Below are positions 40,201-51,300 of a stretch of 64,000 nucleotides of DNA, one piece after another; the stretch's first letter is position 1; each line of letters opens with the position of its first letter. Source of the DNA: Octopus vulgaris (lineage: Eukaryota); NCBI GenBank assembly GCA_951406725.2, contig OX597822.1, positions 113,832,001 through 113,896,000 of the forward strand, read 5' to 3'. Below the pieces are notes generated by a model. That model saw nothing but the letters and a program-made list of their open reading frames with translations, was not told where the DNA came from and did not search any database. The translations under genes were made by a program, and so were the position numbers.

Positions 40201-43200
40201 CATGCTGGTGGCACATAATAAGCACCATTCAAGCATGGGTCGATGCCAGTGCTGCCTGACTGGCTCACATGCTGGTGGCACATAAAAAGCACCATTCAAG
40301 CATGGGTCGATGCCAGTGCTGCCTGACTGGCTCCCATGCTGGTGGCACATAATAAGCACCATTCAAGCATGGGTCGATGCCAGTACTGCCTGACTGGCTC
40401 CCATGCTGGTGGCACATAAAAAGCACCATTCAAGCATGGGTCGATGCCAGTGCTGCCTGACTGGCTCCCATGCTGGTGGCACATAATAAGCACCATTCAA
40501 GCATGGGTCGATGCCAGTACTGCCTGACTGGCTCCCATGCTGGTGGCACATAATAAGCACCATTCAAGCATGGGTCGATGCCAGTACTGCCTGACTGGCT
40601 CCCATGCTGGTGGCACATAATAAGCACCATTCAAGCATGGGTCGATGCCAGTACTGCCTGACTGGCTCCCATGCTGGTGGCACATAATAAGCACCATTCA
40701 AGCATGGGTCGATGCCAGTGCTGCCTGACTGGCTCCCATGCTGGTGGCACATAAAAAGCACCATTCAAGCATGGGTCGATGCCAGTGCTGCCTGACTGGC
40801 TCCCATGCTGGTGGCACATAATAAGCACCATTCAAGCATGGGTCGATGCCAGTACTGCCTGACTGGCTCCCATGCTGGTGGCACATAAAAAGCACCATTC
40901 AAGCATGGGTCGATGCCAGTGCTGCCTGACTGGCTCCCATGCTGGTGGCACATAATAAGCACCATTCAAGCATGGGTCGATGCCAGTACTGCCTGACTGG
41001 CTCCCATGCTGGTGGCACATAAAAAGCACCATTCAAGCATGGGTCGATGCCAGTGCTGCCTGACTGGCTCCCATGCTGGTGGCACATAATAAGCACCATT
41101 CAAGCATGGGTCGATGCCAGTACTGCCTGACTGGCTCCCATGCTGGTGGCACATAATAAGCACCATTCAAGCATGGGTCGATGCCAGTACTGCCTGACTG
41201 GCTCCCATGCTGGTGGCACATAATAAGCACCATTCAAGCATGGGTCGATGCCAGTACTGCCTGACTGGCACCAATGCTGGTGGCACATAATAAGCACCAT
41301 TCAAGCATGGGTCGATGCCAGTACTGCCTGACTGGCTCCCATGCTGGTGGCACATAATAAGCACCATTCAAGCATGGGTCGATGCCAGTACTGCCTGACT
41401 GGCTCCCATGCTGGTGGCACATAATAAGCACCATTCAAGCATGGGTCGATGCCAGTACTGCCTGACTGGCACCAATGCTGGTGGCACATAATAAGCACCA
41501 TTCAAGCATGGGTCGATGCCAGTGCTGCCTGACTGGCTCCCATGCTGGTGGCACATAAAAGCACCATTCAAGCATGGGTCGATGCCAGTGCTGCCTGACT
41601 GGCTCCCATGCTGGTGGCACATAATAAGCACCATTCAAGCATGGGTCGATGCCAGTACTGCCTGACTGGCTCCCATGCTGGTGGCACATAAAAAGCACCA
41701 TTCAAGCATGGGTCGATGCCAGTGCTGCCTGACTGGCTCCCATGCTGGTGGCACATAAAAAGCACCATTCAAGCATGGGTCGATGCCAGTGCTGCCTGAC
41801 TGGCTCCCATGCTGGTGGCACATAAAAAGCACCATTCAAGCATGGGTCGATGCCAGTGCTGCCTGACTGGCTCCCATGCTGGTGGCACATAATAAGCACC
41901 ATTCAAGCATGGGTCGATGCCAGTACTGCCTGACTGGCTCCCATGCTGGTGGCACATAAAAAGCACCATTCAAGCATGGGTCGATGCCAGTGCTGCCTGA
42001 CTGGCTCCCATGCTGGTGGCACATAATAAGCACCATTCAAGCATGGGTCGATGCCAGTACTGCCTGACTGGCTCCCATGCTGGTGGCACATAAAAAGCAC
42101 CATTCAAGCATGGGTCGATGCCAGTGCTGCCTGACTGGCTCCCATGCTGGTGGCACATAATAAGCACCATTCAAGCATGGGTCGATGCCAGTACTGCCTG
42201 ACTGGCTCCCATGCTGGTGGCACATAATAAGCACCATTCAAGCATGGGTCGATGCCAGTACTGCCTGACTGGCTCCCATGCTGGTGGCACATAATAAGCA
42301 CCATTCAAGCATGGGTCGATGCCAGTGCTGCCTGACTGGCTCCCATGCTGGTGGCACATAAAAAGCACCATTCAAGCATGGGTCGATGCCAGTGCTGCCT
42401 GACTGGCTCCCATGCTGGTGGCACATAATAAGCACCATTCAAGCATGGGTCGATGCCAGTACTGCCTGACTGGCTCCCATGCTGGTGGCACATAAAAAGC
42501 ACCATTCAAGCATGGGTCGATGCCAGTGCTGCCTGACTGGCTCCCATGCTGGTGGCACATAATAAGCACCATTCAAGCATGGGTCGATGCCAGTACTGCC
42601 TGACTGGCTCCCATGCTGGTGGCACATAAAAAGCACCATTCAAGCATGGGTCGATGCCAGTGCTGCCTGACTGGCTCCCATGCTGGTGGCACATAATAAG
42701 CACCATTCAAGCATGGGTCGATGCCAGTACTGCCTGACTGGCTCCCATGCTGGTGGCACATAATAAGCACCATTCAAGCATGGGTCGATGCCAGTACTGC
42801 CTGACTGGCTCCCATGCTGGTGGCACATAAAAAGCACCATTCAAGCATGGGTCGATGCCAGTGCTGCCTGACTGGCTCCCATGCTGGTGGCACATAATAA
42901 GCACCATTCAAGCATGGGTCGATGCCAGTACTGCCTGACTGGCTCCCATGCTGGTGGCACATAATAAGCACCATTCAAGCATGGGTCGATGCCAGTACTG
43001 CCTGACTGGCTCCCATGCTGGTGGCACATAAAAAGCACCATTCAAGCATGGGTCGATGCCAGTGCTGCCTGACTGGCTCCCATGCTGGTGGCACATAATA
43101 AGCACCATTCAAGCATGGGTCGATGCCAGTACTGCCTGACTGGCTCCCATGCTGGTGGCACATAATAAGCACCATTCAAGCATGGGTCGATGCCAGTGCT

Positions 43201-44365
43201 GCCTGACTGGCTCCCATGCTGGTGGCACATAATAAGCACCATTCAAGCATGGGTCGATGCCAGTACTGCCTGACTGGCTCCCATGCTGGTGGCACATAAA
43301 AAGCACCATTCAAGCATGGGTCGATGCCAGTGCTGCCTGACTGGCTCCCATGCTGGGCACATAATAAGCACCATTCAAGCATGGGTCGATGCCAGTACTG
43401 CCTGACTGGCTCCCATGCTGGTGGCACATAATAAGCACCATTCAAGCATGGGTCGATGCCAGTACTGCCTGACTGGCTCCCATGCTGGTGGCACATAATA
43501 AGCACCATTCAAGCATGGGTCGATGCCAGTACTGCCTGACTGGCTCCCATGCTGGTGGCACATAAAAAGCACCATTCAAGCATGGGTCGATGCCAGTGCT
43601 GCCTGACTGGCTCCCATGCTGGTGGCACATAATAAGCACCATTCAAGCATGGGTCGATGCCAGTACTGCCTGACTGGCTCCCATGCTGGTGGCACATAAT
43701 AAGCACCATTCAAGCATGGGTCGATGCCAGTACTGCCTGACTGGCTCCCATGCTGGTGGCACATAATAAGCACCATTCAAGCATGGGTCGATGCCAGTGC
43801 TGCCTGACTGGCTCCCATGCTGGTGGCACATAATAAGCACCATTCAAGCATGGGTCGATGCCAGTACTGCCTGACTGGCTCCAATGCTGGTGGCACATAA
43901 TAAGCACCATTCAAGCATGGGTCGATGCCAGTACTGCCTGACTGGCTCCCATGCTGGTGGCACATAATGAGCACCATTCAAGCATGGGTCGATGCCAGTA
44001 CTGCCTGACTGGCTCCCATGCTGGTGGCACATAATAAGCACCATTCAAGCATGGGTCGATGCCAGTACTGCCTGACTGGCACCATGCTGGTGGCACATAA
44101 TAAGCACCATTCAAGCATGGGTCGATGCCAGTACTGCCTGACTGGCTCCCATGCTGGTGGCACATAATAAGCACCATTCAAGCATGGGTCGATGCCAGTA
44201 CTGCCTGACTGGCTCCCATGCTGGTGGCACATAAAAAGCACCCACTACACTCTCAGAATGGTTAGCATCCTGTTGTAGAAACCTTGCCAGATTAGATCAT
44301 AATCCCCAGTCAAACCGTCCAACCCATGCCAGCATGGAAAACGGACGTTAAATGATGATAATGAT
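37270..44365 (+). mobile_element. Internally deleted RTE-clade LINE hosting the 67-bp array
   Basis: Degenerate APE endonuclease (LEFYDASNLLICNTDFRKPASHLITYQSGNSTSQIDF) joined directly to the RTE 3'UTR (GAAGACCTG...AATCAAAATC), then the array, then ...CCAACCCATGCCAGCATGGAAAACGGACGTTAAATGATGAT. Confidence 0.85.
37826..44241 (+). repeat. 67-bp tandem array, ~96 near-identical copies
   Basis: Unit GTCGATGCCAGT(A/G)CTGCCTGACTGGCTCCCATGCTGGTGGCACATAA(T/A)AAGCACCATTCAAGCATGG; the ORF track recurs every 67 nt. Confidence 0.98.
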
Positions 44366-45882
44366 CAAATGAAAACGAATTTTGCAAAGCGTAAATGTAG
44401 GAAGCACAGGTTAGATATTTTCTTACTCGATTTGGCATTATCACTCCATTATCATCATTGTTATTATTATTATTACCAATGACAGCTTTATTGAGTGACT
44501 TCTCCCCACTCTCTCTGACTTTTACTAGCTTCACTGGAAGCGATAACTTACTATTAGCTGATATGTGGAGGCACGTGATTAGCGTTATTACACCCCTGGT
44601 TGTAAAACTATGGTTTCAGTTCCTGAACAGACTGATGAATTGTTTTTGAGTAAAACACTTCATTTCATATTGTCACAGTCCATTTAGCTGGCAAAAGTAA
44701 GAAATCCTACAATGGACTGGTGTCCCGTCCTGGAGGGAAATATGTATGCCACAGAATCCAGGAAACCAGCCTTATGAGCCCATGACTCATGAAGAACCTT
44801 TGGTCTATTTTTTTTTTACTAGCAGACAGATATCACTGAATGTCCTCTTTAACATCAGCTAATCAGTCTACAGGAGTTTACTATATACCAATATAAAACT
44901 AGACTGTCACTGGTGTCACATAAAATGCACTGGTGCTGGTACCATGCAAAATGCACCCAGTACATTCTGCAAAGTGGCTGGTGTTAGGAAGGGCTTTGAG
45001 CTGTAGAAAACAAGCCAAAGAGACCATGGAATTTGGTGCAGCCCCTGGCCTTGCCAGTTCCTGTCAAGCCATCCAACCCATGCCAGCATAGAAAATGTAT
45101 GTTAAATGTTGACGATAATGATAATGATGATGACTTCACTCTAATACCAGCTAAAATTCATTCTTCAGTCCACATTTTATTCTTGTCTATATATTGTGGA
45201 TACAATGTCCAAGGTTTTAAGTCATTGTACATAGAAGCAGTTCTTGGCTATTTTCTCTGGATTGTACCACTTCAAGATTCCAAAATCATTCTCATCATTT
45301 AATCTGAACACTCAAAAAAAAAAAAAATTACTTATAAAACTATTCAATGTGATCATAGCTATTACTTTTTCTCGGTTGACTTTGAGATGTGTGGCATATT
45401 GGTATTGAACAGGCAGAAACGTTAGCACGCCAGGTGAAATGCGTAGCCGTATTTCGTCTGCCATTACGTTCTGAGTTCAAATTCCGCAGAGGTCAACTTT
45501 GCCTTTCACCCCTTCGGGGTCAATAAATTAAGTACCAGTTACACTGGGGTCGATATAATCGACTTAATCCGTTTGTCTGTCCTTGTTTGTCCTCTCTGTG
45601 TTTAGCCCCTTGTGGGTAGTAAAGAAATAGGTATTGAGAACAATCCAGATCTTTTGCTGATTTATGGATGAGAAAAAACGAAAATGTATCTAGGAGCAAA
45701 AAAAATAATAATAATTGGGTTTTACATACCAAGTTAAGAAACACTGTTATGTGGTTTTAATTTTAAAGATAATAAGGAAATATATGAGGGAGATGTGGCT
45801 ACAACACTGAACAAGTCAAGCAAACAACAGCCCTTGCAATCACCAAACTTTGTTTACAATCATACATAAACAGGAGTGGCTA

Positions 45883-46059
45883 TAGGCGCAGGAGTGGCTG
45901 TGTGGTAAGTAGCTTGCTAACCAACCACATGGTTCCGGGTTCAGTCCCACTGCGTGGCATCTTGGGCAAGTGTCTTCTGCTATAGCCCTGGACCGACCAA
46001 TGCCTTGTGAGTAGATTTGGTAGACGGAAACTGAAAGAAGTCTGTCGTATATATGTATG

Positions 46060-46090
<31 letters not shown>

Positions 46091-46316
46091 GTGTGTGTGT
46101 ATATGTTTGTGTGTCTGTGTTTGTCCCCCTAGCATTGCTTGACAACCGATGCTGGTGTGTTTACGTCCCCGTAATTTAGCGGTTCGGCAAAACAGACCGA
46201 TAGAATAAGTACTGGGCTTACAAAAGAATAAGTCCCGGGGTCGATTTGCTCGACTAAAGGCGGTGCTCCAACATGGCCACAGTCAAATGACTGAAACAAG
46301 TAAAAGAGTAAGAGTA
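45883..46316 (+). mobile_element. tRNA-derived SINE family A (other copies 4911-5335-, 7157-7515+, 8790-9200+, 9622-10920+, 19910-20712+, 34400-35150-, 36628-37060-, 57525-57925-)
   Basis: Head GGAGTGGCTGTGTGGTAAG...GGTTCAGTCCC (Pol III A/B-box like), central (TA)n(TG)n tract, 3' end ...GACTGAAACAAGTAAAAGAG. Confidence 0.9.
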
Positions 46317-46689
46317 AACAGACAGGATAGCAAACTAGACAGAATATATCCTATATCCTACAGCTACACTATGCAATCATACATGGCCGTTAAACAGTAT
46401 GGCCCAAGAACAGACTGAAGCAGGACATAGCCAGAGTTACTAAATCTCTGAGCTATTTTAAATGTATAAGGTCTGTTAAGATCAAAATATGTCACCAAAT
46501 GGATTTAATGACAGGATTAAGTATGCTGATTAGCACCTGCTAAGGTAGACTCTTACCTAGACTTTTTTTGCTCTCTATCTTTCTCTTTATTAGCAACACA
46601 CAGAGATGAAGTTGACGTACACAACAGACTCAAAGATCTACAAAATAGCTGTGTACACACAAACAACTTGACAAAGTTGTAATATAATA

Positions 46690-47075
46690 TATAATGAAAT
46701 TATTGTATACTGTGCTCAGGTGCACCACAACTTATCAAAAGTGCATATAAAGCATATGCAGTAATGTACAAATGTCTGGAAAGGGAACAGTGAATGAGTC
46801 AGATACATGCTTGCGTGTGTATGGAGGGGAGAAAATCAGGTGTAGTGTTGGCGAATCTCAGGAAGCATGGAAGTTTTGAAGGATGCAGTGCTCCGACAAC
46901 TAACAACTGATGCCGGCAGTTTGTTCCATGCTTTAGCAACAATTAGCGCGAAAAAATGTTTCCAAAAGTCATGGGAGCTGTGCTGTTTTCTGACTTTGTA
47001 AACATGTCCACGGGTGTTAGACGGGTGGAGTTTGAAAAGGTACTCAGAGTTATTGTTAGTAAGATGGTTAATAAT
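46690..47075 (-). mobile_element. CR1-like LINE 3' end (matching 3'UTR also at 1-108 +)
   Basis: NTRGHVYKVRKQHSSHDFWKHFFALIVAKAWNKLPASVVSCRSTASFK; 3'UTR matches the window start, which ends in (ATT)n. Confidence 0.8.
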
Positions 47076-48715
47076 TTTTGTATGTTTAATATATTGTATT
47101 GACTAATATTGTAACCATCTTAATAAATAGCCATTTTAATAACTTAATCAATTGTTCTTCACCCATTCATTTCTCCAATGCATTATGACATTAATAAGTA
47201 GCAACGCACCAAACTCTTGACACTTCTGCTAAATATTAATAAAAATATACATATACTGATATTTTGAGTTCTAAATTTCCTGCCTGCATCACCATGCCTA
47301 TAGAAATATATATTAATGCTTGTTTTTTTATGTTCAGTTATAATAAAAACAATTTTACATTAATCTGATGGTTCACTCAATGCTTTCATAAAGTACAAAT
47401 TTATTATTCTTAAACAAGAATGTTGTAAGAAGTGGAAGTTTCAGCCATTTATATATATATAGAGAGAGAGATAAAACTTACTTGGAAAAGGATGTGTGGC
47501 GTTCGATCATGTAATAATATAAATAATATATAAATATATGCATATATACATACATATATGTACATACCTACATCTATATGTATATATATATACATGCATA
47601 TATGGTTACAGGACATCAAAAAAAAACGTTGAACACAATGAGAAACGAAAACATAAAAACAAAAACATGGAAACGAACTTTTTTCAAACAACGAAAAAAC
47701 AGAGTACAAGACATACAACACAAGGAATATTCCCCTTCTTCAGTTGTCCCTGTTTCGTCTACTCCTTACCTTCATCTACTCCACATTTCATCTACTCCTT
47801 ACCTTCGAAAAGATGACAAATTCTTGTCCCAGTATGTAGACAGCTGCAAGTATGCGCCACTGAAAAGGCACAGCCAAGTTACGGGGACATAAACACACCA
47901 ACATCGTTTGTCAAGCAGTGGTGGAGTGACAGGAACAGACAAAAAGACACACACACTGAGTGGCACCTTGAGCAAGTCTCTTCTACTATAGCCTCGGGCC
48001 GACCAAAGCCTTGTGATTGGATTTGATAGGTGGAAACTGAAAGAAGTCAACCTTGTATATATATATATATATATATGTGTGTCTGTGTTTGTACTCCCCA
48101 CCATCGCTTGACAACCGATGTTGGTGTGTTTATGTCCCCGTAACTTGGCTGTGCCTTTTCAGTGGCGCATACTTGCAGCTGTCTACATACTAGGACAAAA
48201 ATTTGTCATCTCTGATATAAGAAAAAAAAGGGATAAAACATAAACCTATGTTGCGAGTAGTCGTCCAGCTGATTAAAAATCTGGTGTACGCCACTGAAAA
48301 AGTATTTGATTAAAATAGTCATCTATGTATAATACCTAATGTATAAACACTGTTGATAAACCTGTTACAGAGGTATTTGTCCCGATGTTAACATCTCTTA
48401 AGGACCTACAGTATTACAAGCACAATAAATATCAGAGACGAATATTCGTCCCATCAGTGACCAGGGAGCCAGATACATTTTAGCCGGTTTAATAATAATT
48501 TTAAATAAATGATAATATTGCTGTCAACAACAACAGTTAACGACGCAAAAAAATGTCAACCAAAAATAATTCCTAAGTACACCAAAAAATCTCCCCTTTG
48601 ACAAACTAGTTGACCATGGAACGGAGTCTAAAAGATTATTCTGTGGTCGGTAGATTTGCCACTTTAAGAAAGTGAAAAGTGTACGCTATAGTTAAACATC
48701 GTCAAAATTTGGATA

Positions 48716-49103
48716 TCTTTATATATAAAAGAGAGGTTGTGTGTCTGTCTCCTACGATTTAGATTCCTAACTACTCCCACATTTTGCGGTGCAGTTTAAC
48801 CAAAACCGGGTATCTTATAGTCGTGATTCATATTGAGCCCTTCTGGGTATTAGCGCGCGTCTACGATGAGTCTACGATTAAAAAAAAAAATTACCATCAT
48901 TTTTTCCATTTTAATGCATTTTTTCGCTATTATATAAGGGAAGTAACTCTCTAAAAATGTCTACGATGAGTCAACGATTTTTAAAAAAATTTACCATCAT
49001 TTTTTTTCCATTTTTAATGCATTTGTTTGCTATATAACTCTCTAAAAATGCTTATATAGTTATTTCCCTTACAAACCCGAGCAACGCCAGGCGATACTGC
49101 TAG
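48716..49103 (+). mobile_element. Non-autonomous Helitron
   Basis: A|TC-TTTATATATAAAAG 5' end; subterminal CCCGAGCAACGCC(A/G)GG hairpin; CTAG|T 3' end; no TSD. Confidence 0.82.
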
Positions 49104-49149
49104 TATATAATAAATCAAGTTATTTACTTGGCATAAATACAAGAATGCA

Positions 49150-51300
49150 GAACGTCAAACTGTTGGACATACCTGTGGTTACCTGTATGCCTTCGACAAA
49201 GTTAATACAAACTTTTATTGTCATTAATCATTAACAGGTTAGGTACGTCTTGAGACAAATGTCAAAGAAGTTTTTCACTTTCTGTAAATCAAACATTACG
49301 TAAGTAAAAACATATTTTTGCATAATCGATTCACTCCACAAGCAAATTAGTGCCCGACTGGAAACCATCCAAATATAATAATTATTAATATTATAAGTTA
49401 CGAGGAGTGACTGATTTCTGATCACATTTACCTGTAATACAATGCAAGCTCACCAAATATTTCGATATAAAAGTATCACATCTTACCTACACAGTGATAA
49501 GAAGATAAATATACGAATAGACACTACGAAACTCCAAGTGACTTTCAAATAAAATTCTGAAGCAGTCAATATAAACAATACGCGTATTTCCTTATTATTA
49601 AAAAAGAAAAATTAACAGTTGAACAAAGCGTTTAAAAAATTCAGGACCAGTGAAGTTATTGAGAGCATTCCTATAGAATAGAGTCGGAAATAATCTAGCG
49701 CTTGAAACCGCAGTTCTTCCGATGAGTATACTTCGAGTATCGTAGATTTACAGTACTGCAAATATATAAATAAATACATATGTACATACATATACATAAG
49801 GTGGGGTCTTGCTCTCCGCTCTCCTTTTGTAATTTTCCAGTTTTGACGATTCTTCGAAAATTTATGTTCAGTTTTATATTATGCATAATTTTGAAGAATT
49901 ATAAATCTTGGGTTTTTTAAAACATACACCATAAAAAAAATTTGGAAAAAAATAAAATGAAAATCCGCGAGGGTGGGGAGAGACAACATCCAACACCACT
50001 AATTTTTTTTTTTGCAGGATCGCAAATTGCAATAACCGAAACATAGATTTCTGAAGAAATTGCGTGTTTGGCGCAATCTATTATTTCCGACTCTATTCTA
50101 CAAGAATGCAGCTACTGGTCTGCAAAACGAAATAAATAAATCACAGCAAAGGTATCTAATAAAAAGTACTTACTTTACAAAAATTTTGTCACAGGAATTT
50201 CTCTTTTGACATCGGCCAACAATAAATAAACACGCTGACATTTATTTTGATAACATATCGCTACAAATTAATCGTGAATAGTATTTAATGAATGGACTAA
50301 AAATTGCGAATGTATACTACGTAATAATGACATAGTATTGCAGTGTACTATGTCACCATGACGTAGTACGCATCGTTTCGACTTTTCCCGGAAAATTTTT
50401 GCTGATTCTTCTCCCCCCCAACATAGTTTTAGCAACCAAAACATTACGTGTTTGTTTGTTTTTTTTCCAAGAATATCATAAGGTTAGGAAGTACGAAAGA
50501 TTGCCGTACACTGGTTTTGTTATCAGTAACCCAAATAATTCTCGTTTCGTTTTGTTTCCCCTTTGAAGTGTTGGTATGGCAATCCTTTCGATTTCGAAGT
50601 GTTTCTTGAATATTATTATACTGGCTGAATGCAGTTTGTTTTACTTTTCACCAGGTAAATTGGAAAGAGCCCTGTTAGGGACGTGGGGGGTTACTATCTT
50701 CGTGACTGTCGAAATATTGCATCTTATCCCTATTATCATAGATATTATTATCTATGAATAGTGTTGATAACTAGGTGCTACTCATAGATTGCCCCGGTCA
50801 ATAAGGACGTACTCTTGAGTTTAAGTGCTTTTTATTATTATCATTATTATTATTAAAAATCTTTTTAGTCCACCTGGAAAAGGTTGCAGTTATGTAATGA
50901 TCTTGCCGCTTTAGTTGAGCTGCTCAGTGTAGACATATTCCGTTGGCAGCGTAAATAATAACTGCAGTAAATTTACGAACATATAACTGTAATAATTATT
51001 GCCGGAGATGAAGATATTTACAATGAACAATATGAGTAATTTCCGAATGGGAGGAAAGGAAAACTGCTCTAAAAATATAGAAAAACTATCTGTGTGACGT
51101 TATACAATTAGTTCAAAAATACACAAAGTCATCGGCGCACATTTCAGTGGCGTTGGTGGTCCTTTGGCTGTCTGCCCCTAAGTTATGTGCCAAACGGTTT
51201 TTATAGGGAATAAGAAGTCAATTTTTAAAATATTTAAGAAAACCATATCACGCCACAGCCTCACGTTGATTGGTTGATTTATTGATCGATCACATGAAAC
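49150..51300 (-). promoter_or_regulatory. CpG-enriched, repeat-poor region; probable ABCB6 promoter and 5'UTR exon(s)
   Basis: CpG is visibly more frequent than in the flanks. Lies between the LCMT2 3' end and the ABCB6 exon that needs an upstream exon. Minus-strand donor AAA|GTAAGT at 50173-50168; TTCCCGGAA at 50385-50393. Confidence 0.55.

Noticed and set aside
37781-44241. ~95 overlapping 66-aa ORFs resembling a tandem peptide gene family
   Set aside because: Artefact of a 67-bp unit (3 x 67 = 201 nt) with one stop per three units; no splice or promoter context, and single-base deletions are tolerated.
37826-44241. CRISPR array or tandem ribozyme array
   Set aside because: No unique spacers, no cas genes, eukaryotic context; no hammerhead or HDV core recognised on either strand.
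50330-50352. Iron-responsive element (CAGTGT loop) for ABCB6
   Set aside because: CAGTG is on the plus strand, antisense to ABCB6, and the 5-bp upper stem with bulged C does not form.
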